A stretch of 57,419 nucleotides of DNA, filler included, from Thelocarpon superellum (GCA_026025795.1; 2 parts of 2 records of this genome joined end to end with filler, not necessarily neighbours in it); one strand, 5' to 3'; numbered from the whole stretch's first letter, positions 12,326 through 25,584 are shown. Notes: generated by a model from the letters alone, not told the origin. Translations and numbers: made by a program.

Positions 12326-15300
12326 ATGCCGAGCTTCAAGCCCCCGCTCCAGCTTGATGAGCTTCCTCCACGTCAATACCAGACGCCCTCGCCCCCTCCT
12401 CGATCGCCCGCCTCCCCCGTTCGCCTCCTGTTTCCCCCGCCGTCTTCGCCGAGCGCCGCGGTCAACGGCAAACGATCGTGGCATGCCGACCTACTCGGAC
12501 TCGAAAAAGGCGGCCTGTACATTCGCACCTCGGGTGCCGCGGAGAAGCGCGCGAGCCAGCACCGTCGCAATGTTTCCCTTCCTACCTCCATGTCGCCCAT
12601 GGAGACCTTTGCCGACATTGCCCTTGCCACCAGTCCAACTTACGCACGAGATCCACGCTTCTCGAACAACCTGCTTGACTATGCCGTTAGTCCTGCGCCC
12701 ACGCGTGATGACGACGAGCGCCCGTCCAAACGGGCTCGATCTGAGGTCCCGCCGAATCTCTCGTCCCTCTCGGGGACCTCCCGGCCGGCCACCAGCTACA
12801 TTCCCTCGGCCAACTGGTCCAGGCAAAGCATCCAGGGAATCGATAGCCGAACCAATGATGCCGAACTCCTACTCGACGTGAGCCGCGCCATCATCTCCTC
12901 ACACGAGGCGAAGCAGCACGGCATCAGTCAAGAAAGCCCGTCCATTCCACCCAAGAAGATTTCACCTGGCCTCGTCAGCCCAGACCCGGAGACATTGCCA
13001 TCGATGCCGTCGATGCCGCCGCTAGCGGCTGATGCTGCCGTGCCATCCAACGAACGCCCCACCGATCCCGAAGTCGACGATGCCGCCACTGCGACCAAGA
13101 ACGAAGCCATTCTGCCTCTCAATTTGCAAGAGTCAGGCACGAGCAAGACCCCCGTGATGGCAGATGAGGTGATGGGCAACACCGAGAAGGTCGAGGGCGG
13201 CGGTACCACGGAAACGGCAAAATGTGCCGGGTGTGAGATGATCCCCAATTCGGTGGGTGACGAAGACAGCGACGAGGTGTCGTGGATCAGCTGCGATGCG
13301 TGCAAATCCTGGTTCCACTTTGCCTGTGCTGGTTTCACGGCGAAAGAGGTGCGGACGGTCGACAAGTACCGATGCAAGAAGTGCGCCGCTACCCACGGCG
13401 CTACGACATGTAGGAACCACCTCTGTACACGTGCAATGGGTGAAGCTGACCAATCTGTAGATGTCCGCAAATCCTCCCGCGCGCGTGCCGCTATCGACTA
13501 CGCGGGTCTCAATGAAGGCGTCATCAAGACGTCGGACGACAGTCCGGAGCATCCGTATATCAAGCCCATCAAAGAGCGGACCATTCAATTCCTCCCCGAG
13601 ACTTTTCCTCGTATGCATCCTCATCTGATCGACTTGGATTTTTTCGACAAGGGCAACGGGATGAAAGAGCCCATCGTCATTCCGGCCGAGATGAACCCTC
13701 CACGGCAGCCACCCCAGCCGTCCGCGGTCGGGGAGGATCAGCCTATCGCGCCACGGGACGCCGTCCACGCATGGCTGGCGCAAGATGCCGAGGTTGACGC
13801 GGGAGATATGATTCTCGACGAGGGCCAAGATGGCCTAGACATGGTCATTCCACCACACCTGACCGTCCGCCGGGTCGCCGACTTATACGGCCCTGAGGAG
13901 AAGGTCCCCGTCATTGACGTCAAGTCGCAGGGAGAAGCCGGCTCGTGGAACATGCGAAAATGGGCCGACTACTATGAGAGCACCGACAAGAAGTTCATCC
14001 GCAACGTCATCAGTCTGGAGGTCTCCTACAGCAAGCTGGGGAGGCTCATCAAACGGCCCAAGGTCGTTCGCGAATTGGACCTAGTCGACTCGGTCTGGCC
14101 CCCTGAACTCAAAGAGAAGGGTGACTTCCCTCGCGTGCAGCTGTATTGTTTAATGTCCATCGCCGACTCCTATACCGACTTCCACATTGACTTTGGAGGC
14201 TCGTCCGTCTTCTACCACATCCTGAAGGGCAAGAAGACCTTCCTCTTCATCCCGCCGAAGAACAAGCACCTCAAGAAGTATGAGCAATGGTGCCTATCCC
14301 CGGCGCAGAATCACACCTTCCTCCCCGACCAGACCAAGGAGTGCTATCGGGTCGATCTCTCCGCCGGCGACACCATGCTGATTCCCTCGGGCTGGATCCA
14401 TGCCGTGTGGACCCCCGAGGATAGTCTGGTGATCGGAGGCAACTTCCTGACGCGCTTGCACTTCGGCATGCAGATCCAGGTAGCGGAGATTGAGAAGACG
14501 ACGAAAGTGCCACGACGATTCCGGCAACCGCACTTTCAGCGCATCCTCTGGTTCACGGTGATTCGTTACCTCGCCGACGACCCTACTCCGCCCGAGGTGG
14601 TGGAAATGCTGCACAAAGGCGAGGCGTTTCCTCGTGATACGCCTCCTCACCTAGAAATTGATGCGTGGGGGACGAATTCGAAGGAGGGGCTGGGCAATTT
14701 CCAGACGCGATTCTACTCGGAGTTCGAGCTGGACGGTCTCCCGGCGCTCGTCCGTTACGTCCTTCGGACGGCCTTGATCTCGATGGACAAGATCAGCGAC
14801 GTCACGGTCGAGACACGAAAGGCCGTCGCCCGCGCTATTCCTAGGGGATACGGTGCCCCGTTGGACATCGTCAAGCAGTTTGCCCTGTGGACGGCGTGGA
14901 AGCGTGGGAACGAAGCCATCCCGTCATGGGCCTTTCCCGGCGCCGATCCGTCAACATCCTTCGCTGGTGGTGGGGAAAAGAAGATGACCGCCGCGACGTT
15001 GAAGCGGATGGAGCGTGCCGAGGCGAAGAAAGCTTTACGCAAGGGCCCCGAGCGTCAGTCTGGGCGGACGAGGAAAGCGGCCGCATCGATCTTGCCTGCT
15101 GCAATTGGAGAGACGGTCGATGCAGCAAGCAATCTGCCGGAAGATGCGAGGGATCGGCCTGACGATGTCACCGCCGTGGCTTTGGCCGTGGCCGCCGAGG
15201 CAGTCAGCAGTGAGGGAGCACGGGTCACTCCCTCGGAGGTCGTTGGCGTGGAGACCAAAGACGTGGAATTAGTCGACCCTGCGCCAGAGGGCGAGAAAGG

Positions 15301-15967
15301 CACGGACGGTGATGACGGGAACGCTGCGACGCAGCTGGAGAATATTGCGTCGGCATGCGAACAAAAGCTCCTTTCACCCCCATCATCCCCACTCTCGGAC
15401 ATTGACGGGATATCGACTCCTTCGCCGAGTTTGACATCCAAGGTCTGGACAACGAAGGCGGATACGACGACGTCAAACAAACGCAAGAGGTCATTCTCAA
15501 CTCTCGCCACCCCGGCAGGCACGGAGCCGTCGAAGTCACGCCGGTCCTGCCGCGCCAGCAAACCAGTGCATTATCTGGCGAACGAGACGCATCCGGGGAG
15601 TCATCATGTGTGCCTACCAAGGGATGATACCAAGACTAGCGCGTGCGTCATCGGCAGCACCGCGAGCCACAACAAGCGACGAATCAGCGCCGGTGCGCTC
15701 CAAACTCCGCCCACGTCGCTTGGAACTGGCAAGAGCACGTCTCCCGAGGTGCATGACGGAGTCCGCCCGACTGCGGGGAGCAAGAAGCGGAAGAGCAAGG
15801 AAGGAGGATCAGTTCAAGTCACGCCGAAGATCAAGAGCGAACCTGAAGAGGCGAAAGAGAGGCTGGATGCCGAGAAGGATCATCACGACATGGAAGCGGA
15901 ATCGATTCGACTGGCCCGAGAACTTACCTTTGGGTTACGCGAGCGTCGTGGCCGTCCTTCATTCTAA
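12326..15967 (+). CDS. JHD1: PHD + JmjC histone H3K36 demethylase (JHDM1/KDM2 type); 51-nt intron 13410-13460
   Basis: PHD (CAGC...WISCDACKSWFHFACAG...YRCKKC) and JmjC with Fe ligands YTDFHIDFGGSSVFYH...IPSGWIHAVWTP. Confidence 0.93.
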   Translation: MPSFKPPLQLDELPPRQYQTPSPPPRSPASPVRLLFPPPSSPSAAVNGKRSWHADLLGLEKGGLYIRTSGAAEKRASQHRRNVSLPTSMSPMETFADIALATSPTYARDPRFSNNLLDYAVSPAPTRDDDERPSKRARSEVPPNLSSLSGTSRPATSYIPSANWSRQSIQGIDSRTNDAELLLDVSRAIISSHEAKQHGISQESPSIPPKKISPGLVSPDPETLPSMPSMPPLAADAAVPSNERPTDPEVDDAATATKNEAILPLNLQESGTSKTPVMADEVMGNTEKVEGGGTTETAKCAGCEMIPNSVGDEDSDEVSWISCDACKSWFHFACAGFTAKEVRTVDKYRCKKCAATHGATTCRNHLCTRAMGEADQSVDVRKSSRARAAIDYAGLNEGVIKTSDDSPEHPYIKPIKERTIQFLPETFPRMHPHLIDLDFFDKGNGMKEPIVIPAEMNPPRQPPQPSAVGEDQPIAPRDAVHAWLAQDAEVDAGDMILDEGQDGLDMVIPPHLTVRRVADLYGPEEKVPVIDVKSQGEAGSWNMRKWADYYESTDKKFIRNVISLEVSYSKLGRLIKRPKVVRELDLVDSVWPPELKEKGDFPRVQLYCLMSIADSYTDFHIDFGGSSVFYHILKGKKTFLFIPPKNKHLKKYEQWCLSPAQNHTFLPDQTKECYRVDLSAGDTMLIPSGWIHAVWTPEDSLVIGGNFLTRLHFGMQIQVAEIEKTTKVPRRFRQPHFQRILWFTVIRYLADDPTPPEVVEMLHKGEAFPRDTPPHLEIDAWGTNSKEGLGNFQTRFYSEFELDGLPALVRYVLRTALISMDKISDVTVETRKAVARAIPRGYGAPLDIVKQFALWTAWKRGNEAIPSWAFPGADPSTSFAGGGEKKMTAATLKRMERAEAKKALRKGPERQSGRTRKAAASILPAAIGETVDAASNLPEDARDRPDDVTAVALAVAAEAVSSEGARVTPSEVVGVETKDVELVDPAPEGEKGTDGDDGNAATQLENIASACEQKLLSPPSSPLSDIDGISTPSPSLTSKVWTTKADTTTSNKRKRSFSTLATPAGTEPSKSRRSCRASKPVHYLANETHPGSHHVCLPRDDTKTSACVIGSTASHNKRRISAGALQTPPTSLGTGKSTSPEVHDGVRPTAGSKKRKSKEGGSVQVTPKIKSEPEEAKERLDAEKDHHDMEAESIRLARELTFGLRERRGRPSF

Positions 15968-16472
15968 GCTCCTTCCGCACGTTGATGTCCGCTGCAGGCC
16001 TATCCCCTGCTGTTGATTGTTGCGTCTCGTATCTTGTGATGTATACGGGTGAAAGGATGGGTAGACTTGGTGAAATTAATGAAAGGCGTGGGGAGCAACG
16101 GTCCGGCGGGAGTAGTACCTCGACTGTATATTTGGTGGTGCATTGTCATTGGTAGAAGTAAGACTAGGTATCCTTACACGCACACATTGTTGCTACATCA
16201 TCTGTGGTGATGCTTTGTGGATAAAGTATCCAATGGTACGGCGCACGTCTACGAGAAACAAGGGAGCTTCTGGGTGTAGTAGCGACGATTGACTATTCGC
16301 CGGCACACAAGACAGATAACATGCAAAGGCAATTTGACCCTGACATTCCCCCATTCATCCAACCTTGCACACACTGCGATTCTCTTTCCGCTTCCATTAC
16401 CAAGAGCAGACCTGACCCTTGGTATCACGGCAATTGCGCACCAAACGAACGAAGCTAAAGTGACTCAACCAG

Positions 16473-17098
16473 CTAAACCACAACCTCGCGATGAAGACCG
16501 CGGTGATGGGCATGTTTCCCATCTGTTCCACGGATCTTCTTCGTTCCAGCAGCCTGTGAAATTCTTCCACGTTAGTTTTGCTCTCACATGGGTAGGCGGT
16601 GGGGGGCCGGGTGGGGGAGTGTGGGGGGGAGGCGGGAAGGGGGAGGAGATGAAGAGAGGGAGAAACGCGAGAAACGACTCCACGCACCTTCTTTCCTGGC
16701 CGTCCCGTCAGCTTCCCTTCAATCTTCAATCCCACACCTTCGATCTTGTCCTTGAGGCTCGGCTTCCGCTTGTGATGCACCCCGGTGGTGCCGGTGGGCT
16801 TGACGACGCGTCCGCCGCCGGCACCTGTGCCCAGACCGGTGGTATGCTCGCGCCCGTATGCTCCATGTTCATGTTCGTGTGCGTGGCGATGTCCAAACAG
16901 GCCTGTGCCCGTGCCCGTGCCCGTCGTCGAACCCGCGTGCGAGTACTCGGTCGCGGGCACACGGGCCCGGCCCGAATTAGCCGTGGTGACGCCGCCTCTG
17001 CGCGGCTTCCGGGCCGTGGTGGTGGTGCCCGTGGTACCGTGATGACCTCCGAAAATGCGGGGGCGCGACGAGCCGGTCGTGGAGCGGGTGAAGGCCAT
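16473..17098 (-). CDS. Small Gly/Thr/His-rich basic hydrophilic protein (conserved fungal hypothetical); intron 16687-16554
   Basis: MAFTRSTTG...HHKRKPSLKDKIEGVGLKIEGKLTGRPGKK/AAGTKKIRGTDGK...*. The C-terminal motif resembles an uncharacterised family I recall from filamentous fungi; the intron is canonical (GTGCGT..CTAAC..CAG). Confidence 0.75.
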
Positions 17099-18468
17099 GT
17101 TGTAATCAGAGAGGAAAGTAGTAACGATATGTGGCTTCTTGGGCGTGGATGGATGGTTTCTGTTCAAGACGGGTGCGAAGTTTGATGGGATCAGTAAACG
17201 TTGCAATCATCTGCGGGGACGTGAGGGGGTTATGTATTCGCACTCGATATCAACTACCTAATTACTGTATGCTAGCTGCTGGTTGTTAGGAACATCCTCC
17301 TCACGCGTTTCCTTGGTTATCAGTGTCCCTACTCCCACTAGGAGAGTGCCTGGTAGGTGCTTGGCCACGTAGTGGTACGTTTCCCTGCTTCTCGGCCTGG
17401 TTGTGATGGCTTGGCGCTCGCCCCACCACGGGACCCTGACCCCGGCCGGTGATATCATACCCCCTTCGCTTCGCCTCGCTTGGCTGCTCGAGACGCTTCC
17501 TTGGTCAAAGTCAATAATTGACAGGTACGGGTGCTCATACTGCCGTTGGCACACCCATGGCACGGAGAGAGGCGCCGTGCCTCCACCGACCGCATCGTCG
17601 CACTCGTAGCGCCCCGTAACGTTACGGTGGGTGGTGGCTTCTGGACGGAGATGTTAAAATACCGTCGTTCACTTAGGATCCGGTGTCGTCCATTATGGAG
17701 ACAAAGCACAAGGTCACTTTTGTTCATTTCCATTGGCTGCCCATCCTTCTCGGAGCGCTCCATTGGCTCGGGGTCCCCAAGAACATCGAACGCTCTAGTA
17801 GCGCTCTTACCAACCTCGTCCATGTTATCGAAAGCCGTCTGCCGGGCTTACCTCAGGCAAGCATCAAGAAAGCAGAGCAGCGCAGAGCAGCGTAGAGTCG
17901 TCGGTGCATATTTCAGTGCCTGCCGGTTCCTAGCTTCCTGAGGACGGCGTCTGGAATCCTGACGCTTGCAATGTGCCGCTTATGACACGACCCTGAAAAT
18001 GCCTAACGTGCCTTCACGGATGGCATTGTCTTCCCTGCCTGGGTCATTGGCCAAGTGCAACATCACTAACTGCTGCACCAGGTTCAACGAGTCTATCTGT
18101 CACTCAATCACCACGCCTGACTTGTGTACTTTATCCACACAATTTGCGCGTCGCTCCCTTCCTTTTTCCCCTTTCCCCTTTCCCCTCGCCATCTCGCCGT
18201 CTCCCAATTTCATTCAGCTCATCCATCCATACTCTCTACGCTTCTCGTTCCTTCGACACCTTCGCCCCCGTCCTCCCAGCCTCGCTCCTGCCTCACAAAG
18301 ATTCCCATCCGTCGCCCTCCATCTAAGGTAAAGCAAAAAAGAGCACATAAGCTCCTCGACGCCAACATAATGCGCAGGTCGAATCAAACAGAAGCTTTTC
18401 CGCGACATGTGAGACATATGCGTACATGGGTGGATCGTCTTCTCGCACGTGGTCAGTGCTCTCCGGGC

Positions 18469-21400
18469 TCAAATCCACGCCGTCGGGGTCGCCCCCTTGA
18501 TCCCATTCCGTTCTTCCGGAACGCGAAGTGGCTTGTACGTCGACGTGCCATTCGTCACTGTTTTCTTTGGGCTCATCTTGGTCTCCCCATTCGTCGTGCC
18601 GTTGACGTGCACCTGCACAGGTGCATGACCATATCCGTTCGTGAGACTGCCGTTGCTCGGGACATGGCCATTGGCGGAAGTCCCATTTATCACTCCGTTG
18701 GTGGAAGTTCCATTGCTTACTCCATTGGTGATGGCGCCATTGGCCGATGCCCCGTAGCTCTTGAAACCTCCGCCAGAGACGTGGCCACCATTCATGGACT
18801 TTGAGCCATTCATCCCGGGGTGACCCTTTGTCGCAGGATCCTCACCGGGCGACGGGGATTTCTTGGTCGATGCGGGTCCGTTGGCTGGCGGGCCATCATC
18901 TGAGCCCGGTCCATGGCTCTCCAACGCCAACTTGTTCATCCGTTTCGACATGCTGCGAACGATCAGTCAAAGCCGTGGTGGGGATACGTATAACGTACAA
19001 GTCGAAGAAGGCGAACTGGCTAGGACTACTGCCGAACTCGTAGACAAATCGACTGGCCAGGTAGCTGCCAAAGATCGCCCGGAGGTAGTTTTCCGGCACC
19101 TGACACAGTCAGTAACATAGCATTCTCTCGTTCAAACTCGACCTACCCGGTCGAGAATCGTATCCAAGCCAATCGTGTCGAGAAGCAAGCCCGGAAGAGC
19201 ATCACGAAGGACTGATCGACGAAGGTCCTTCTTGTGCCACAGCTCCGTGTTCTGCAGCTCCTCATCCAGCTTGGTGATGGCCACGCTTAGCGTGTCGCTG
19301 AGCGTGCTGCGTGGCAGGCCCGTCTGTTGGTGCTCGCGCCAGATGGCTTCAAACTCCAGGGCAGCATTCTGCTTGATGGTCTCCTGCACCTGCTTGACGT
19401 ACTCGGTGTAGAAGCCGGGCGCGCTACCATCCTCGCGGATGCACATGTGCTCCTCAAATCCCTTGTCATCGAAAGACAGGGAGGCCAAAACTTCCAGGGA
19501 CGATGAGGTCACGCCACCCTTGTTGGCCGACGCATCCTTGAACAAGATCGTCCCGGCCTTCTCGAGCCGCAACTTGGCATCCTGCGTGATGAACAGATTG
19601 GCCCCCTCGACAATGTAGGGAACCGTCGTCTTGCCGTCCACGATGAGCTTACTGACCGTGCCGAGGTCGATGGACTCGGGACGACCACCGCAGGGGACAA
19701 AGACGTCATACCGGAGGCTGCCACGAAGGTGAAAGGTGTTGCGGAACGACATGCCATTGTTGATCACCTCTCCGGAGGGTAGCTTCACGTTGGTCTCTTC
19801 TACTAGCACGCGGTACCCATCCGGCGATAGCTTGGCGGTGTCGAATTCGGAGATCATGACTCGCTTCTTGGCCAGCCGGATCAGTTCACGATGATCGAGA
19901 CCTTGAGGATCGACGAGCACCCCCGAGCCATCCACTGTGCGAGCATAAGCCGACGCGGTCATGGTTGCATCAGGGCCACCTACCGATCGACGTGTACTTT
20001 TCATTACTGAGCAAGATCTCGTTGGATCCGAGATCGCCATCGGGCCCCCCCGTCTGGAGCTTCTTGACCTTAGAAGGGTCTAGATTCAGTTTGCGATAGA
20101 TGCCCAAGACGAACTCGCGGACCGACAGAGTCGTCATGCCGTAGGAGTCGTGGGGAATGCCTCCGAGCTTCGGGCTCTTGCCGGTGAAGAAGGACTTCCA
20201 CCATGGCGCACCTCGCGCGCGTGCGTGCTCCGTTGCCCAGTCCACCAGATCCGCCGTGTTTTCATCCGGGCCCATGAATAGAATCTCGGGTTGGCCGTGT
20301 AGGTCGACGATTGGGTCTTTGATTCCAGGGCTGGTCGGGGGCAGCAAGAGATCCATGATGCTGTCAATATACTTCTGGAAAGCCACTTTGGCCTTGTCCT
20401 GATGCTGGACGTCGAGAAGGATGACCCCTTTGGACCCGCCTTCGGGGATGTCCTTGTTCTTGCGTTGCTGTGTGTTTGCGAGGTTATAATTCTCATCAAA
20501 TAAGGACCGGGCGTTGATGGAAAATGCCTCCCGATTCCGTGACTTGACGATGCGGATGCCTCCCCGAGCAATGTCACGGAAGCGAAGGTGAAAGCCACGG
20601 AACTCCGAGCTGATGACCAGGAACATGCCATACAGCGGCTGAGGGTATTCTTCCGGCGGTAGGAAGTTGGGGTTGAGACGAAAACTCAGAGCAACCTTGG
20701 TGGGCGTGTAGAAGTTGGTTTTCCTGCAGAGGGTTAGCATCAAGAGCTTGGTCACGGGCCTTGGCCGGTGCGCAGAACGTACAGCACCGCCGCGTTGAAG
20801 ATGCGGAACGCGGTCATGACCATCTCATGATGCTCGTTGGCCGCCGCCTTAGAGATGGACTCTTTGAGCTCAGCGTCGGTCAGGATCTTGTCCACTTGCA
20901 GACGGAGGTAGCTCAAGGTGGGCAAGAAGTCATCCTCTTCCCCACGCGTTTGTACGTAGTGCGTGTTGGCGAAGGCAAGGTACAGCGATCGGACGAGCAT
21001 GGGGTACTGGTCGATGATCTCGAGAATGTATTCTTGCGTGAAGGTCTCGGTGCGCAGGCGCCGCTTGATCTTGGCCAGAATCTCGGCGTGCACGCTGTTG
21101 TCGGGATCGAGATGCGATGCGAGTGAGGTGTATTCGGACCCTAATGGCGTATCAGCATCAAGATTCGATCGCCCGCGCCTCAATACGTACCCAACCGGTT
21201 CAGGAAATGCACGACGAAGACCCAGACACAGTGGGCGTAGATGGTCTCTTGTAGACTCAACCGTCCGGTGGCAAAATGTGTCTGGAACTTGTTGCGAGGG
21301 ATGCAGTAGAGCAGGGAAACTTCCTTCATGATCTGATGAATGGAGGCCTCGATAGGAGGATGTCGCGCGGTGCTGACGGAGGGCGCCAGGGGACGTAGGT

Positions 21401-22516
21401 ACAGTGACATGACGGTAATGCCATTGGAAAATTGTTCTAGCGTGAGGTCAGTAGTGAGATGATGTAAACTGGGCCGTTGGGAGACGGGAGGAATGTGCAG
21501 GACTCACCGACGTATTTCCGCGAGCTGGTGAGTCCATAGTAATGGTACTGTGATGTGATTGATTAGTGCATTGATCCGTGGCGGTGCGCGGAGAGGCCGC
21601 TCACCAGGTCGGACAGGGCGCTAAACATGGACATGGCGCTTCCTTGGCGATAAGCCACCACCAGGCGCTTCTCGCGCGAGCCTTCGATCTCAAACATCTC
21701 GATGACAGGACCAGAGCGAGTAACAGCATTTTGGATGATCTCCTGGTAAATGTCTTTGGTGTTCTGGGTAGCTTTCTGCAAGAATGTCTTCTCGCCGATG
21801 GCGTCCATGCGGGTCTCATGGGGCCCCGGGTGGGGGTGGGCGAATTGGCATTGGTAGACGAAGTAGCAGCGCATCTGCTGCTCATTGTCCCCTGGGAGCA
21901 CGCCGGCAGAGCGAAAGGTCTCCATGCGGTAGCTCTTGGTGGCCGTCGAGGCGTTCAGATATTTCTCGTCAATCCGCTGCTCGTAGCGCGGACCGTCAAC
22001 GGCGCTGACACCAGGCTTGCTGGTATCAATGAAGACGGCGTGGTCGGCGGCTTCCTTATCAAGCCGGATCTCGAGACGCTTGTCGTCACGGGCGTAGGCG
22101 GCGACCTTTGCGGCGTAGAGAGAGAGGATGTGGTTCACGATGGCCGGGGTCGTCTCGGTCTGGAAGTACATGTCGTCGATGCCGAGGTCGTTGTAAAACC
22201 AAGACGTCTCGGACTCGATGAATTCGGCGGGCACGAACCCAATCTGCTCAATCTGGTCCATGACTATCGATCGGCCTTGTCAGCGAGGCGGCCTGGCCCC
22301 GTGGCCGCCCAGCTCGAGCTCACCTTGTTCCATCTGCTTGGCCTTGCCCTCGAACTTGGGCGCCACGTAGCCGGTACTCTGGTCGTGAATGACGCGGTGA
22401 TGGATGCCATTAGGGACGGCCAGATGTGTGGGCTGCGGCGAAGGCTCACGTCCCGGGGCGCGGATGAGGTGGTCCATCATCTTGTTGGAAGGAGGGTCGA
22501 GAGGGGAAGCCGCCAT
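18469..22516 (-). CDS. GDH2: NAD-specific glutamate dehydrogenase (large type), multi-exon
   Basis: GYVAPKFEGK; FRGFHLRFRDIARGGIRIV; QQRKNKDIPEGGSKGVIL; LFMGPDENTA; LQTGGPDGDLGSNEI; IVEGANLF; DASANKGGVTSSS; SYLASRFVYEFG. Confidence 0.96.
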
Positions 22517-25370
22517 GGTCGGGAGGTCGAACAGGCTACGACCGCCGCGAGAGGGCGACGCGCGTGGAGAGTGTCACTGGAAAAGCTGTCGTCCACGCGG
22601 GAGTAGGCTGTTTCGCGATGCTAGTGACTTATACCGGCGCGGCGTGGCAGTTCTGTTGTGCCAGAGTGGAGGTCAGCGCAAATTCTTCCATTGGGCTCAT
22701 GACATGTGCGTGACCAGGGAATTGCCTCGTGGAAAAGGCTTTGCCGGGAGGGCCGTGCACGAGCTCGAAGAATGGCACCATTGCCCGAATCGAAGACGAT
22801 TCTCGGTCGCCGGAGCAGATGACGGACGCCGCCGGCAGTGATGTTGGTCATGGTGGTCGTGGTTCACGTAACGCGATGCCCGATGATTGGCGTGTTGAAG
22901 ACCACGCGGGTCACGCACGAAGGGTTGGCCGAGGGCAGAGGCGACGATAAGCGGCGGTGAAAGGCAAGAGCTGGCTCACCACGGCCGTGGGCGGGACGAG
23001 GAAACGAGGGGCCGAGGGGCAGAGGGGAAGTGCGGGCATTGCGGGCGGGAACAACGCATCGAAACCTACCTGGGCGGGCATCCAGACGTATGAGGATGGC
23101 AGATTGGAGATGGTGGGGCTGACGAGTGGCCAGGACAAGAGATGACGGGATGACCGGCTGGTGATGACGAATTTATCTCTGGAGCCAAACGGAATTCGTA
23201 TTGTTCCTGCACAGCAGACAGGGTCCGACGTGGGTAGAGGGAGGAACGACGTCGGGGGCGTGTGGTGCGATGTGCTCTACGCTTTGGGATGCGTGGTTAC
23301 TGAAAAGTCTTCCTTCCTTGTTCCTGGATCCTCAGGAGCGGCGGTGGTAGACGTGCGTCGAGCGTCGAGCGTCGAGCGTCGAGCATGCTACGGCGTGCTG
23401 CAACGTGCTGGATTAGCTGAGGGCTGGGATGAATACCTTGCGCAGCCTGCGGTGCCTGGAGTGAAGTGACCCGTATTACTCGTCCACAAGACCGTACGAG
23501 ACGCTACCGTTCCAGATACCTCCCCTACCAGTACACGCAATGTGACGCAAGAACGCCAAGTGACCGCCGCCACTATCTTAGCCTCCTGGACTAGGAAACC
23601 CCCTCCACCTAACACCGCCGAACGGGCAGCAGACCTCGCCGTTGCCAAAATCGGTAGTCGGAAATGCATGGGCGTATGCTTGGCTAGCGGGCGGAACCAC
23701 GAGTACAGTGGAGCAAACGGACTGCCATCAGCCGTTTTGCTGCTAGGACAGGTGCCGTTACTCCGAGAAGTCCTCGTACAGGCCATGGTGCTGCGGCGGG
23801 TCTTCAAGCAGAATCTGGAACGAGCACTCGGACCACGACCAATCGGGCGAGGGTCGGATTGTATTGCAGTCCTCGCACTTGTATCAGCAGCGCGCACTGT
23901 TATTCAGGCTCGAGGATCCTCTGCGCCGGACTGTTGCTCGACCTACAGTCTTGCTCCCCACCGTCCTACGGCCGCCCTCGTAGACCGCCGTAGGCACTGG
24001 TGCGAAAGCCGACGCCGGTACCTGAATGCTTGACTCTCACGCAGGTGCTGCCAGACCGGCCTAGGACAGGTCCGCCCACGCCATCTCCTCTCTTCCCCGA
24101 CCCTCCCGCACCCTACCCCGGTCCAACGTCTAGACTTTGCTGCGCAGGTTCGCCTGCGCAAGGCAGCGACGGACGTGCCGATGGAGTCGGGGCGCTTGCC
24201 TTTCGGAGAGGAATGTGCCGACGTGATTGGGTCCTAGCATGGGGCTTAGAGCGGGGTGCAACGTTGGACAAAAAGCAAGGCGAGAAAAGCCGAGCCCCTC
24301 GCGCGATGCGGTGCTGTGGAGCGCCGGCCCTGCAACCTATCTGGTACCTGCGTTGCTAGCGCGGGCGATTCGGGTGCCGGAGCGCCCATCGTGCCTGCAG
24401 TGGCTCCCTCGCAAGCCGCACCGTGGGCTTCCGGGCCTGCTGCTTCAGGACGATAGGGTGACCATGCCGGCTGCAAATCATCACGACGTGCATCTCGACC
24501 GGTCCGAGCACAGAGTGACCTGTCAAGACCGGCTGGGATGTACCGGTGATGGTCGACGTGGCGGAGCGGTCGCGACCGCCAGGCGGCATTGTCCTCGGAA
24601 GTATGGTACCGACCTTGCTCCCACTGCACCATCCCACCAGATCGCTTTCGCCGTCACACTTGTCAGCCAGTCCGCGTGTCGGATCGATTGCCCTCAGTGC
24701 GTCGTGCACCACACATGTTTCCCGATTCTTCGCACGTTCTTATGGCGGCCGTGGCCTCAGCGCCCTGCAGGGTTTGAGCAGGCTGCGACCGGCCGTGCGA
24801 TACGCCTCGAGGTATTAATTCGACCTACACCATGGACGAGGCCCAAGTCGTCACGAGTTGCGACGCTTGATTACAGAGACCCGTGGCGCGCTCGGAAGCT
24901 GGTCGGCATCGGCATCACAATCATCCTCGTCCGGTTCGCGCCCTTTGTTTCTACTGCATCCCGTAGATTGCTACGCACCGTGGATGAGCGGCATGCCCCT
25001 CCAACAGAGGTTTGTTTGCGCCCGTCGCCTCTGACTGAGGGATCACTAATCGCTCCGGTCCGGAGGTCACGTCATGGACCTTGCCACTGCGTCCGAGCCC
25101 GGTCGTACGATGGCTTCCCAGATGCCTCCGGAAGGGTCGAGGAGAGACAGTCTCGAGTGAGCGAGCAAGCATTTCCTCCCGATATCGGGCGCGCGCGCGC
25201 GCGTTTCATCAAGCATCAGCCACACCCCGCATCACGTAGGGAAGGAATCGCGACGGGCCAGGCTCTGATCCTGATCCTAAACATCTCCCGCCCGCCCGCT
25301 GGCCACCCGCCCTCCCGCCTTCAGATTGGGCCGCGACATCAGGCACCAAGCGCCCGGCACCAGGCACCGA

Positions 25371-25412
25371 GAGCCAGGAGCCAGGAGCCAGGAGCCAGGA
25401 GCCAGGAGCCAG
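25371..25412. repeat. 7-bp microsatellite (GAGCCAG) x6
   Basis: Perfect tandem array read directly, downstream of ADE2. Confidence 0.95.
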
Positions 25413-25584
25413 GGAACCAGGAGCAAACCCCATGGGGTAGAGAGGCTCGCTTCGTCACGATAGCCGTCTAGTGTCGCGCGCGTGAAGGTACCCTCAGATC
25501 CCGATAGAAATAGCGCATGAGCGGCAATGCGAGAGGGACACCCGTGCGCACCCGCTAGCGTCAAGCACCCGGCGATGGTAGATC

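Noticed and set aside
21578..22606. Long antisense ORFs over GDH2 (and similarly over PPR, con7, Spok)
   Set aside because: Shadow ORFs caused by GC-rich codon bias on the coding strand.
24227..25471. 414-aa + strand ORF between GDH2 and ADE2
   Set aside because: Arg/Pro-rich with no domain motifs, runs through a microsatellite; likely a chance ORF in GC-rich DNA.
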